A stretch of DNA of 64,000 bases. Source: Leucoraja erinacea (taxonomy: Eukaryota). The notes below the pieces were generated by a model, which was not told the origin of the DNA, made no database searches, and worked only from the letters and a program-made list of their open reading frames with translations. The position numbers and the translations under genes are program-made. Shown in pieces: positions 1-12,722 of this stretch; within the stretch, counting starts at the first letter, position 1, and each line of letters opens with the position of its first letter. The stretch is taken from positions 5,580,001 through 5,644,000 of the forward strand of contig NC_073389.1 of assembly GCF_028641065.1 (NCBI RefSeq). Direction: 5' to 3'.

Positions 1-302
1 AGTAGAACCAACACTGAACGTTGTGGCCGAGTCCACGTGTAAAGGCGTCTCACCTGTGAATGGGGAGGAGATCTGTAATGTAATGTGTCCCTTGCTGCAC
101 TCATTGATACTTGGCCTTGGCTCGGGCCACAGTCTAATCACCCCGGCCGACATACACCCATCTCAATGTCGCTGTGACTCATACAATGTGTAGAAACAGG
201 CCCTTCGGCCCAACTTGCCCATGCCGGCTAATATGTCTATGTTTCTCTGCATCCACCCGATCTATTCTTCTCATGATTTCATACACAATCTGTGTTAGCT
301 GT

Positions 303-629
303 GGAGTCTGAAGACTTTCCCACTGAGAGTAGGGAAGATTCAAACAAGAGGACATGACTTGAGAATGAAGGGACAGAAGTTTAGGGGTAACATGAGGGGG
401 AACATCTTTACTCAGAGAGTGGTAGCTGTGTGGAATGAGCTTCCAGTGAAGGTGGTGGAGGCAGGTTAGATTTTATCATTTAAAAATAAATTGGATAGTT
501 ATATGGACGGGAAAGGAATGGAGGGTTATGGTCTGAGTGCAGGTAGATGGGACTAGGGGAGAATACGTGTTTGGCACGGACTAGATGGCCTGTTTCTGTG
601 CTGTAATTGTTATATGGTTATATGGTTAT
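303..629 (+). mobile_element. CR1 (HER1-like) LINE 3' fragment
   Basis: Near-identical to the reverse complement of 767-1110 (encodes the ...KFRGNMRGNIFTQRVVAVWNELP... CR1 ORF2 C-terminus) and ends in a (GGTTATAT)n tail. Confidence 0.9.
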
Positions 630-766
630 AAGGGTTTCGACCCGAAACGTTGCCTATTTCCTTCGCTCCATAGATGCTGCCTCTCCCGCTGAGTTTATCC
701 AGCATTTTTGTCTACCTGTGTTATCTGTGTTTTGTTTTTGTTTAGATTAGTTCAGTGTAGTGTTTA

Positions 767-1505
767 ACCATATAACCATATAACCATATAACCATATAAC
801 AATTACAGCACGGAAACAGGCCATCTCGGCCCTACAAGTCCGTGCCGAACAACTTTTTTTCCCCTTAGTCCCACCTGCCTGCACTCGTACCATAACCCTC
901 CATTCCCTTCTCATCCATATGCCTATCCAATTTATTTTTAAATGATACCAATGAACCTGCCTCCACCACTTCCACTGGAAGCTCATTCCACACCGCCACC
1001 ACTCTCTGAGTAAAGAAGTTCCCCCTCATGTTACCCCTAAACTTCTGTCCCTTAATTCTGAAGTCATGTCCTCTTGTTTGAATCTTCTCTATTCTCAAAG
1101 GGAAAAGCTTGTCCACATCAACTCTGTCTATCCCTCTCATCATTTTAAAGACCTCTATCAAGTCCCCCCTTAACCTTCTGCGCTCCAGAGAATAAAGCCC
1201 TAACTTATTCAACCTATCTCTGTAACGTAGTTGTTGAAACCCAGGCAACATTCTAGTAAATCTCCTCTGTACTCTCTCTATTTTGTTGACATCCTTCCTA
1301 TAATTGGGCGACCAAAATTGTACACCGTACTCCAGATTTGGTCTCACCAATGCCTTGTACAATTTTAACATTACATCCCAGCTTCTATACTCAATGCTCT
1401 GATTTATAAAGGCTAGCATACCAAAAGCTTTCTTTACCACCCTATCTACATGAGATTCCACCTTCAAGGAACTATGCACGGTTATACCCAGATCCCTCTG
1501 TTCTA
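767..1505 (-). mobile_element. CR1 LINE 3' fragment, 5'-truncated, young (open ORF2 C-terminus 865..1479)
   Basis: ORF has CR1 hallmarks LYKALVRPNLEYGVQFWSP, RRLRGDLIEVFK, FFTQRVVAVWNELP; 8-mer tail (AACCATAT)n at 767-797. Confidence 0.95.
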
Positions 1506-1791
1506 CTGTTTAGTTGAGTTTACCTAAACTAAACTAAACGAAACCAATTTGTGACAGGCACAAAATGCTGGAGTAACTCAGCGGGTCAGACAGCATCTCT
1601 GGCGAAAAGGAATAGGTGGCGTTTCAGGTCCAGACCCTTCTTCAGCAGATTTGTGGCTGTTTTCAATATGTTTTTCATAATATTCTACTTCATCCATGGG
1701 CTTGTTGATTCTGCTGTTAAAATGAGAACCACCCCTCTTGCCCCGAACATTCCCTCACTCACTGCTGCCAAGATTCTTCCCCGGGGCTGGG

Positions 1792-1862
1792 CAAGAGTCA
1801 AGAGAGTCAAGAGTCAAGAGTCAAGAGTCAAGAGTCAAGAGTCAAGAGAGTCAAGAGTCAAG
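1792..1862. repeat. (CAAGAGT)n 7-mer microsatellite
   Basis: Direct read: caagagt repeated about 10 times with minor variants. Confidence 0.9.
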
Positions 1863-2249
1863 GGCACACGGTGTTCACAAGTTCATAAGTTCTAGGAACA
1901 GAGTTAGGCCATTCGGCCCATCCAGTCTACTCCACCATTCAAGCACGGCTGATCTATCTTTCCCTCTCAACCCCATTCTCCTGCCTTTCCCCCATAACCC
2001 CTGACACCTGTATTAATCTGTCAACCTCGACCTTAAAAATACCCATTGGCTTGGCCTCCACATCCTCCTGTGGCCATAAATATCACAGATTCACCAGCCT
2101 CCGACTAAAGAAATTCCTCCTCATCTCCTTCCTAAAGGAATCATCCTCTCCACATCCACTCTATCCAACTGTGCAACTGCTAGAGTTGATTCAAGAGGTG
2201 CTGGATGGAGCTAGACCTGCTTCAATCTGCTGAGCCAATCTTTCTCCAC

Positions 2250-4275
2250 TTTAGAGATACAGCACGGAAACAGGCCCTTCAACCCACCTAGTCCGCACCG
2301 ACCAGCAATCCCCGCACTTTAACACTGCCCGACACTCAGTAGGGACAATTTTACATTTATACCAAGCCAATTAACCCACAAACCTGTACGTCTTTGGAGT
2401 GTGGGAGTAAACTGAACTTTCTCAGAGAAAACCCACGCAGGTCACGGAGAGAAAGAACGTACAAACTCCGTACAGACGGCACCCGTAGTCAGGATCGGAT
2501 CCGGGTCTCTAGCACTGTAAGACAATAGACAATAGGAGTAGGCTATTCGGCCCTCCGAGCCAGCACCGCCATTCAATGTGATCATGGCTGATCATCCACA
2601 ATCAGTACCCCGTTCCTGCCTTCTCCCCATATGCCCTGACTCCGCTGCTCTCGCTTGAAAGTATCCAGAGAGCCGGCCTCCACCGCCCTCTGTGGCAGAG
2701 AATTCCACAGACTCACCACTCTCTGTGAGGAAAAGTTTTTCCTCATCTCCGTTCTAAATGCCTTACCCCTTTTTCTTAAGCTGTGGCCCCTGGTTCTGGA
2801 CTCCCCCAACATCGGGAACATGTTTCCTGCCTCTAGCGTGTCCAAACCCTTAATAATCTCATATGTTTCAATAAGATTCCCTCTCATCCTTCTAAATTTC
2901 AGAGTATACAAGCCCAGCCGCTCCATTCTCTCAGCATATGACAGTCCCACCATCCCACGAATTAACCTTGAGAACCTATTCTGCACTCCCTCAATAGCAA
3001 GAATGTCCTTCCTCAAATTAAGGGACTAAAACTGCACACAATACTCCAGATGTGGTCTCACTAGGGCCCTATACAACTGCAGAAGGACCTCTTTGCTTCT
3101 ATACTCAACTCCTCTTATTATGAAAGACAATATGCCATTCGCATTCTTCACTGCCTGCTGTACCTGCATGCTAACTTTCATTGACTGATGAACAAGGACA
3201 CCCAGATCCCATTGTACTTCCCCTTTTCCCAACTTGACACCATTTAGATAATAATCTGCCTTCCTGTTTTTGCCACCAAAGTGGATAACCTCACATTTAT
3301 CCACATTAAAGTGCACCTGCCATGCATCTACCCACTCACCCAACCTGTCCAAGTCACCCTGCATTCTCATAGCAACTGCCTCACAGTTCACACTGCCACC
3401 CAGCTTTGTGTCATCTGCAAATTTGCTAATGTTACTTTGAATCCCTTCATCTAAATCTTTGATGTATATTTTAAATAGCTGCGGTCCCAGCACCGAGCCT
3501 TGCGGTACCCACTAGTCACTGCCTGCCATTAATCTCTACTCTTTGTTTCCTGTCTGCCAACCACTTCTCTATCTATATCAGCACCCTACCCCCAATATCA
3601 TGTGCCCTAATTTTGCTCACTGATCTCCTATGTGGGACTTTATCAAATGCTTTCTGAAAGTCCAGGTACACTACATCCACTTGCTCTCCCTTGTCCATTT
3701 TCCTAGTTACATCTTCAAAAAATTCCAGAAGATGTCAAGCATGATTTCCCCTTCGTAAATCCATGCTGACTTGGACCGATCCTGTGTCGGCAAATGTGCC
3801 GCTATTTCATCTTTCATAATTGACTCCAGCATCTTTCCCACCACCGATGTCAGGCTAACTGGTCTATAATTCCCCGTTTTCTCTCTCCCACCTTTCGTAA
3901 AAAGTGGGATAACATTAGCTACCCTCCAATTCACGAGAACTGATCCTGAATCTATAGAACATTGGAAAATGATCACCAATGCATCCATGATTTCTAGAGC
4001 CACTTCATTAAGTACCCTGGGATGCAGACCATCAGGCCCTGGGGATTATCAGCCTTCAGTCCATCAGCCTACCCAATACCATTTCCTGCCTGTACAGTGT
4101 ACAGTATCTGTTCAACTCATCTGCCATTTCCTTGTTCCCCATAATAAATGCACCTTTTTCAGTCTTCAAGGGTCCAACTTTGGTCTTCACAATTTTTTCC
4201 CTCTTCATACCTAAAGAAGCTTTTACTATCCTGCTTTATATTCAGCAGCTCAACTGCTGCGCCACCGTGCCACCT
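2250..4275 (-). mobile_element. HE1-like tRNA SINE split by a CR1 insertion (SINE parts 2250-2520 and 4243-4275)
   Basis: SINE body matches the intact copy at 6895-7218; it breaks at ...gcactgtaag (2521) and resumes with ...aactgctgcgccaccgtgcc at 4243-4271. Confidence 0.75.
2521..4242 (-). mobile_element. CR1 LINE RT-domain fragment, frameshifted
   Basis: ORFs 3707..4003 (GNYRPVSLTSVVGKMLE), 3026..3493 (KFADDTKLGG) and 2582..3016 are consecutive pieces of CR1 ORF2. Confidence 0.95.
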
Positions 4276-5803
4276 ATGTGAATAGCTAATGCATCAGGTC
4301 CAAGAGTGAAGAGTGAATGCAACAAACTCAGGAATCATGAGATATCTCAACAAGTTGACGAGTAAAGATGCCCACCAGTGTCCACACACGCAGTCCTATG
4401 AACAGTGCCTCCTGCTGGTCGATGGGTGAAGCACTCTCCCTTGTATCGTTCCTCTTGCTGTAGTGCATTTGTTATTCTCATCTCACTAAATACCTGGGTT
4501 TCCCAGTGAGCACATCCTCAGCTGGGAATCGTTTCCAAACCCGTTGCACCACCATCGGGCCCCTCATAATTTAGATCGATATCTCAGTACTTGGATCTTA
4601 ATCGTGTTGGTAATTTAGCTGGGAATAGAATCTTGGATAGTTGATCTTTAGTTAGTGTCAGCATTTATAATTGCAGCCGTGTGTTGAGATTGATGCAGTT
4701 TGTCAACGTACGATGTTGGGACTAGTGGATTATCCAGACTATTCTTTGCCTTTCAATCCAACCACATATTTTTCAAATTTTGTCGAACTATCTTATGCAC
4801 TTTAACATTCTTTAGATTATCAAATGTTCCCTTCCCCTCACACAGCAGCTGATAACACCCATGTGATAGAGTCATAGAGCATGGAAACAGGCCCTTCAGC
4901 CCAACTGGTCCATGCTGACCAAGATTCCCCAACTAAACTGACCCGCCCACTCTGCACTGTCCGACCTTTGCACCTGTATATGGATCGCAGGGGTTGTGAG
5001 GGATATGGGCCAAATGCAGGCGAATGGGACTAGCCCAGTATGGGTCGGCATGGACATGGTGGGCCGAAGGGCCTGTTTCCGTGCTGTACGGCTCAGTGAC
5101 TCTGCGAAAGAGCTTTCACTTCTCATGGGAATGGGTGCTTGTGTGGTTTAGTTTAGTTTATTGTCACGTGTACCGAGTTAGAGTGAAAAGCCTTTGTTGC
5201 GTTCCTTCCCGTCAGCGGGAAGACAACACATGGTTTGGTATCAGCGGCACTGTCCCATTCTCACTACAGCCCGGCCTTGAATGAGGTTCTCACACCAGCC
5301 CTGCCTCCCTCATTATCAGTCTGTGTTACAGACAGAGAGATGAACAGATGTCCGCTCTCCTTCCTCTGTGCCCCTGACCTGGATTAAGAGACAGATAGCT
5401 GAAAGCAGGTCAGATATGGAACTGTTGATAGTCAGTCAGTGTCTGGTCTGAACAGCCCAGTGGAACCTGTTTCCTGTCACCACTGGATAGGGTTTGTGTT
5501 GCAACAAACGGCTTTGAAACAAGTAACAAGAAAATATTTAAACAGAAGGGATTTCTGTTTAATCTATCCAGTCTTTCTTCACAAGACAGTCCTGACATCC
5601 CAGGAATCAGTCTGGTGAACCGTTTCTGCACTCCCTCTATGGCAGTGCCATAGACAGGTTCATCCGCTTGAGTTCTGACATCCCAGATCTTATATCTTTA
5701 TACTGGGACTTGTTTTTATAGATATGTGAAAAGAAATAGATTACTTAAAACAAATGTAGGTCCCTTGCAGTCAGAAACTGCACTCTAATGGTCTGCACTC
5801 TAA

Positions 5804-5831
5804 TAACCCTAACCCTAACCCTAACCCTAAC
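5804..5831. repeat. Interstitial telomeric repeat (TAACCC)4+
   Basis: taaccctaaccctaaccctaaccctaac read directly. Confidence 0.85.
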
Positions 5832-6250
5832 TGCAGATGCTGGAGAATCGAAGGTTACACAAAAAAGCTGGAGAAACTCAGCGGGTGCAGCAGCCTCTAT
5901 GGAGCGAAGGAAATAGGCAACGTTTCGGGCCGAAACCCTTCTTCAGACTGATCGGGGGCGGGGGTGGGTGGGGACAGGAAGGGGAAAAGGAGGAGTAGCC
6001 AGAAGGCTGGGGGATGGGAGGAGACAGCAGGGGGGCTGAGGAAGGGGAGGAGACAGCAAGGACTAACAAAATTGGGATAATTCGATGTTCATGCCCCCGG
6101 GGTGCAGACTCCCCAAACGGAATATGAGGTGCTGTTCCTCCAATTTCCGGTGCTGCTCGCTGTGGCCATGGAGGAGACCCAGGACAGAGAGGTCGGAGGC
6201 GGAGTGGGAGGGGGAGTTGAAGTGCTGAGCCACCGGGAGGTCAGCTTGGT
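5831..6250 (-). mobile_element. Penelope-like element 3' end / terminal repeat
   Basis: 6080-6250 is homologous to 12215-12380, which is contiguous with a GIY-YIG-region ORF; ends in the common ...ccagcatctgcag terminus. Confidence 0.8.
5915..5950 (-). ncRNA. Minimal hammerhead ribozyme core in a Penelope terminus
   Basis: Minus strand reads CUGAAGA-A-GGGU(UUCG)GCCC-GAAA-CGUU: CUGANGA box, stem II, GAAA box, palindromic helix III and NUH. Confidence 0.65.
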
Positions 6251-6829
6251 CTTGGCAATGACTTCACTCTCTCAGTGAAGAACGGGTCTCCTGTAGGTTC
6301 CACACAAACCATGTGTTCTGGCAATGTAGCGATGTGCAGCAGGAATGTTGTGTTGCTGGAGTGTTGAAAGATACTGGAGAAAGTAGAGTGTGTGATTGCA
6401 ACATTAACATTGTTCCAGAGACTCTGTGCTGAGAATGAAGGTTGCATTATGGACCATGGAGCCTGTGGGGAACCCATGGTGGGTTCTTGGGTTGAGATGC
6501 CAGTTTAGCCTGCGGTTATTGCAGGATTGCTTCTTCTCACTGGAGTTGAAGCGAGCTGCAGGAATACAGCTGGGAGAACCATCAAGGGGTGGATTGGCAC
6601 TTCACTTATCTGCTGGCACCCGTCATGTGTGCAACACTTTTGTGGAGAGTGCTGGACATAAAACCCTCTACTAATAGTGGCTGGCTGATGAGTTAACACT
6701 TCCTTGCTGCGGATTTTCAGTAGTGCTCAAGGGCACACTCAACCTTTGCTGATCATACGATAATGGACAATTGAAGAGGACTTTAGAAACACACAGGGGA
6801 AAGTTTGTGGGACTTTATCAACATGGGTT

Positions 6830-7455
6830 TTAGTGGTAAAGCTACTGCCTTACAGCGGCAGAGACCTGGGTTCCATCCTGACTATGGGTGCTTGATTAGT
6901 TTAGTTTAGTTTAGAGATACAGGGCGGAAACAGGCCCTTTGGCCCACCGAGTCCGTGCCGACCAGCGATCCCCGCACATTAACACTATCCTACACACACT
7001 AGGGACAATTTACAATTATACCAAGCCAATTAACCTACAAACCTGTACGTCTTTGGAGTGTTGGAGGAAACCAAAGATCTTGGAGAAAACCCACGCAGGT
7101 CACGGGGAGAACGTACAAACTCCGTACAGACGGCACCCGTTGTCGGGATCGAACCCGTGTCTCTGGAGCTGTAAGCGATGTAATGCAGCAACTCTACCGC
7201 TGCGCCACCGTGCTGCCCAATGTCTATATGGAGTTTGTACGTTCTCCACGTGACCTGCGTGGGTTTTCCACGGGTGCTCCAGTTTCCTCCCACATTCCAA
7301 AAACCTACATGTTAAAAGATTAATTGGCTTCGGTAACATTGTAAATTGTTCCTACTGTGTGTAGGATAGTGTTTAATGTGCAGGGATCGCTGGTCGGCGC
7401 GGACTCGATAGGCTGTCGGGCCTGTTTCCGCCCTGTATCTCGAAACTAAACTAAA
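6830..7455. mobile_element. Nested HE1-like SINEs: a + strand copy (6830-6892 and 7219-7455) interrupted by a full - strand copy (6895-7218)
   Basis: tRNA-like A/B-box head, central gtttgtacgttctcc core and (AAACT)n tail are present in both orientations. Confidence 0.85.
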
Positions 7456-7867
7456 AAAATCAGAAAGACTTTCAGACAGAGTTTTGCAGACAGAGATCAC
7501 TCATGAACATTTAAATATATTATCACACATTAGTTATCCATCTGACCTACTTTCCATCACCCAGTGATGCTTCCTGCAAGACATCGTGCAAACAGCTCAG
7601 GATTTCAGATAAAACAAAGCAACCTTTGACGATTTAATCTGCTGGATCTCGCATTTGCCAACCACTGTAACTCACCTTCCCATCCCCATAGTTACCTCTC
7701 TGTCCTGGGCCTCCTTCATAGCTGGAGTGAGGCCACACGCAAACTGGAGGACCAGCACCTCATACTTTGTTTGGGCAGCTTACAGCCCAATGGTATGAAT
7801 ATTGAAATATCCAATTGAACTCTTGAACATGACACAGCGCTAACCTCAGCAACTATATACCACCAGG

Positions 7868-8610
7868 TGGCGCTTCTAGGGCAGCCTCGCCTACAGTCTG
7901 TCTGTCCATTTCGTCTTTTTTTTGTTATTTTTATTGTGTTTGGAAAGTGTGTGTTAATGTTCTCTGGTTTGTTTTATGTCGGGGGTGGGGTCGGGGGAAA
8001 CTTTTTTTTCGATCACGTACCTTGCCGGAGACACGATTGTTTTCTGGATCGTATCTCCGGTCGGTCTGCGGCCTAACATCGTGGATCTGGAGGCCTTGCT
8101 GGGGACAGACTTTGAGCCCCACCACGGGGCCTTGGACTTACCATCGGAGCCGATTCCTTGCCTGGGATTGACGCTCCAACAGCGGCCTGCGGACTTCACA
8201 ATCGAGATCTCTCAGCCTCGGGTAGAGACCAATGTCAGGAAGCTCCAAAACCGCACGAAGTTCGACCCGGGGTAGATCACCCAGCGCGGGAGAGCTGTGA
8301 TTCCCCCCGATGCAGGAGCTTGATCGCCCCGACGAGGAGGCCCGCCGCTGGCTACGGGAGTAAGATCGTCCCGTCAACGGAAGGTTAGAGGCCCCCGACC
8401 GCTGGAGAACAAAGAAGGGAGAGATTGATCTTTTTTTCACCTTCCATCACAGTGAGGAATGTGGAGGTGTCACTGTGGTGGATATTTATGTTAAAACGTA
8501 TTTTGTGTGTTCTGTTGCTTTTTATTGGTAAGACTGTATGGCAAATGAATTTCCTCGTATGTTGCAAATCATATTTTGCTAATAAAGTATAATTATGATT
8601 ATGATTAAGA
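7868..8610 (+). mobile_element. Unclassified dispersed non-autonomous repeat (related copies 8730-9975, 12735-13015, 27208-27745, 32090-32610)
   Basis: Shared blocks ggcagcctcgcc..., gccttccatcacagtgaggaatgtgg, aaatttcctcgtatgttgc; short-repeat tail (ATTATG)n. Confidence 0.7.
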
Positions 8611-9167
8611 TGATCTACGGACTGTGTCTTTGGTTGCACTACAGACTTCGGTTTTGCACTGTTATAGTTACCCAGTGGTATTAATTATTAAGTTATTGTA
8701 TTATTGATTATTATATTTTGTCCACTGGGTGGCGCCGTCTGATGGCAGCCTCGCCAACAGTCTGTCTCATCCCTTTCTTCTTTTGTTGTTTTTATTCTAT
8801 TTTATCTATGTTTTAGTGTAGCTTTAGCTATGTGGGGGGTGGGGGAGACTTTTTAAAATCTCTTTCCTCGATGGAGATGCGACTTCTATAAGTAAGTAAG
8901 TTTATTGGCCAAGTATTCACATACAAGGAATTTGCCTTGGTGCTCCGCCCACAAGTAACAACATGATATACACTGATAGTTACGAATGACTCAGAAAACA
9001 CTAAACATTAATAATAATAAAACATTAATGATAAAATACCATTGATCAAGCATGTGAACCAACAAAATACCAGATCATGTCTCCGTCCGCATTGCGGACT
9101 TAACATGGTGGAGCTGGCGGCCTCTTGGTTAGGGATCGACTTCGGGCGCTCCAACCGTGGGAGCTTC

Positions 9168-9717
9168 GAAACATAGAAACATCGAAATTAGGTGCAGGAG
9201 TAGGCCATTCGGCCCTTCGAGCCTGCACCGCCATTCAATATGATCATGGCTGATCATCCAACTCAGTATCCTGTACCTGCCTTCTCTCCATACCACCTGA
9301 TCCCTTTAGCCACAAGGGCCACATCTAACCCTCTTAAATGTAGCCAATGAACTGGCCTCAACTATCTTCTGTGGCAGAGAATTCCACAGATTCGCCACTC
9401 TCTGTGTAAAAAATTATTTTTTTATCTCGGTCCTAAAAGACTTCCCTCTTACCCTTAAACTGTAATCCCTTGTTATGGACTTCCACAACATCGGGAACAA
9501 TCTTCCTTCATCTAGCCTGTCCAACCCCCTAAGAATTTTGTAAGTTTCTATAAGATCCCCCCTCAATTTTCTAAATGCTAGCGAGTACAAGCCGAGTCTA
9601 TCCAGTCTTTCTTCATATGAAATTCCTGACATCCCAGGAATCAGTCTGGTGAACCTTCTCTGTACTCCCTCTATGGCAAGAATGTCCTTCCTCAGATTAG
9701 GAGATCAAAACTGTACG
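9168..9717 (-). mobile_element. CR1 LINE 3' fragment nested in the dispersed repeat
   Basis: ORF 9414..9632 (RLGLYSL...LRGDLIETYKIL); (AAACATAG) tail. Confidence 0.9.
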
Positions 9718-10084
9718 CTTCAACCGGCCCGATCGCGGGAACTTCGATCGCTCCAACGCGGGAGCTATGACCACTCCGACTGCGGATGGTTCGACTGCTC
9801 TGACCGCGGGAGAAAAGGAGGGAAGAAAATAACACGTTATTACCTTCCATCACAGTGCTCTGTCCTGGATGTTTATGTTAATTTTTAGTTGTGTGTCTTG
9901 TTGCTTTTTGTATGACTGGATGGCAAATCAAATTCCTTGTATGTTCTTACGCACGTGGCTAATCAATTCTTTGTATCTTGTATATATTTACCAGTGCATC
10001 GTTATGTTTGCAGATGTGTAAAGCTACAGCAAGTTAGAATTTCATTGTTCTGTCGCTGGTACAGATGACAATTAAATGTGTATG

Positions 10085-10297
10085 AAGGAACTGCAGATGG
10101 TGGTTTACACCGAAGATAGACGCAATTGATGGAGTAACTCAGCGGGACAGGCAGCATCTCTGGAGAGTAGAAATGGGTGATGTTTTAGGGTCGAGAAGGG
10201 TTGAAGAAGGATCTCGATACAAAACATCACCCATTCCTTCTCACCAGAGATGCTGCCTGTCCCGCTGAGTTACTCCAGCATTTTGTGTTTATCTTCA
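10085..10297. mobile_element. Inverted pair of Penelope terminal repeats forming a hairpin (similar at 46648-46840)
   Basis: gagtaactcagcgggacaggcagcatctctgg and ccagagatgctgcctgtcccgctgagttactc are reverse complements. Confidence 0.8.
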
Positions 10298-10307
10298 GTG
10301 GCAACTG

Positions 10308-10895
10308 AACATAGAAACATAGAAATTAGGTGCAGGAGTAGGCCATTCGGCCCTTCGAGCCTGCACCGCCATTCAATATGATCATGGCTGATCATCCAAC
10401 TCAGTATCCCGTACCTGCCTTCTCTCCATACCCCCTGATCCCCTTAGCCACAAGGGTCACATCTAACTCCCTCTTAAATATAGCCAATGAAGTGGCCTCA
10501 ACTACCCTCTGTGGCAGAGAGTTCCAGAGATTCACCACTCTCTGCGTGAAAAAAAGTTCTTTCTCATCTCGGTTTTAAAGGATTTCCCCCTTATCCTTAA
10601 GCTGTGACCCCTTGTCCTGGACTTCCCTAACATCGGGAACAATCTTCCTGCATCTAGCCTGTCCAACCCCTTAAGAATTTTGTAAGTTTCTATAAGATCC
10701 CCTCTCAATCTTCTAAATTCTAGAGAGTATAAAACAAGTCTATCCAATCTTGCTTCATAAGACAGTCCTGACATCCCAGGAATCAGTCTGGTGAACCGTC
10801 TCTGCACTCCCTCTATGGCAATGATGTCCTTCCTCAGATTTGGAGACCAAAACTGTACGCAATACTCCCCATGTGGTCTCACCAAGACCCTGTCC
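10308..10895 (-). mobile_element. CR1 LINE 3' fragment
   Basis: ORF 10532..10936 CVQFWSPNLRKDI...LRGDLIETYKIL; (AAACATAG) tail. Confidence 0.92.
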
Positions 10896-11139
10896 ACCAA
10901 GACCACCAAGAACGTTTCTGACTCTGTGTGTTTCACAGTTGTGACTGAGCCATGTCCAGGGACTGTGGCTCAGTTGTCTCTGTGTCTCAGCCCAGATTTC
11001 ACACATCACAGATTCAGAACAAGACATTTTCTCAGCGTCACAACTTATCACTCGCTGCTGTTGACAGAGTTGTGTGTTGCCCTGAGAAAAATCAGTCACA
11101 CCTCTTGCAAATCATGTCCTAATATTGCATTCGGCCGAA

Positions 11140-11595
11140 CCCTATGGGAACTTCACTTGCCCCCCTGCAGGAACTATACATCAGGAGGTGCAACTCCAGA
11201 GCCAATAAGATCATAGGAGACCCCTTCCACCCCTGCAACGGACTGTTCCAGCTGCTACGGTCAGGCAAACGCCTCCGTTGCCATGCTGTGAGAACAGAGA
11301 GGTTGAGAAGGAGTTTCCTCCCAGAGGCCATTAGGACTGTAAACTCCTATCTCACCAGGGACTAACTTTACTGTACCACTCTACTGCTTTTTTCTTTAAT
11401 TGCTGTTTTTTTCCCTTTTTCCTTCCGCTCACAATATTTAATATGTAAAAGAATATGTGATTCTGGACCATTCTGTTTGTAGTTTGTTTGGTTGTTTGTT
11501 TGTTTGTCTTTTTGCACAAAGTCCGCGAGCATTGCCACTTTTCATTTCACTGCTCATCTTGTATGTGTATGTGACGAATAAACTTGACTTGACTC
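11140..11595 (+). mobile_element. Rex1/Babar-type LINE 3' end
   Basis: ORF 11144..11365 KIIGDPFHPCNGLFQLLRSGKRLR...RLRRSFLPEAIR; (ACTTG)n tail. Older relatives at 42960-43380 (+), 53470-53720 (-) and 56090-56400 (+). Confidence 0.85.
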
Positions 11596-11954
11596 ATTGC
11601 CAGAATGGAGCCACAAGTAAATGGGAGGTACAGAATCTCAAATCTGCCTGTGTAGCTTCCAACCCAATGGTAGGGACATTGATAGACCCAAAGTGCTGGA
11701 GTAACTCGCTCACCCTGACGAAGGGTCCCAACCCGAAACGTCACCTATCCTTCCCTCCAGAGATGTTGCCTGATCGATCTGCTGAGTTACTCCAGCACTT
11801 TGTGTCTATCTTTGGAATAAACAAGCATCTGGAGTTCTTTGATCATACAGGTAGGAACATCGGATTCTCCAATTTTAGGTAACTGATAAACAAACAACTG
11901 CCCTCCACCCCCTTTTTATTCACCCCTTCTCTTCCCTGTGCCCCATCTATTGTC

Positions 11955-12722
11955 ATTTGGGTGAGGTTTTGGGTCGAGTCTCTTCGTCAGACTGAGAGTC
12001 AGGGGAGAGGGAGTCCAGAGATATGGAGGGATAAGGTGTGAAAACAGATCAAAGCAGACGATGCACAGGGAATGTAGAATGGTTCATTGTTAGCTGACAA
12101 CGAGGCACACAAACAGTAAAATTAATCAGAAGGACAGTGAAATTAGTCAGAGAATTATGGTGGAGAGGGATGGAGAGAGAGCGAGGAAGCAAGAATTACT
12201 TGATGTTAGAGAAGTCAATGTTCACACCTCTGGGGTGTAAGCTGCCCAAGCTAAATATGAGGTGCTGTTCCTCCAATTTGTGCTGGGCCTCATTGACAGT
12301 GGAGGAAGCCCAGGACAGAGAGGTCATTGTGGGTATGGGAGGGGGAGTTAAAGTGCTGAGCAACCAGGAGATCAGATAGGTTTAGGCGGACTGAGCGGAG
12401 GTGTGGACTCCGAGCCTGCGCTTGGTCTCGGACTCCGCTCCTGGAACAGCGGATACAATAGATGAGGTTGGAGGAGGTGCAAGTGAATCTCTGTCTCACC
12501 TGAAAAGACTGTCGGGGTCCCTGGATAGAGTCGAGGGATGAGGATGAGATATAGGGACGGGTGTTGCATTTCCTGTGGTTGCAGGGGAAAGTACCTGGGG
12601 AGGAAGGGGGGGGGGATTGGGTGGGAAAGGATGAGTTAACCAGGGAGTTGCGGAGGGAACGGTCTCTGCGGAAAGCAGAAAGGGGTGGAGATGGGAAGAT
12701 GTGTCTATTAGAGGGATCCCAA
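11955..12722 (-). mobile_element. Penelope-like element fragment (Zn-finger linker and GIY-YIG region plus 3' repeat)
   Basis: ORF 12290..12874 has AFRRDRSLRNSLV, PGTFPCNHRKCNT, FTCTSSNLIYCIRC, VAQHFNSPSH, typical of PLE proteins. Confidence 0.85.

Noticed and set aside
6830-7455. tRNA genes
   Set aside because: A/B boxes belong to SINE heads attached to SINE bodies and tails.
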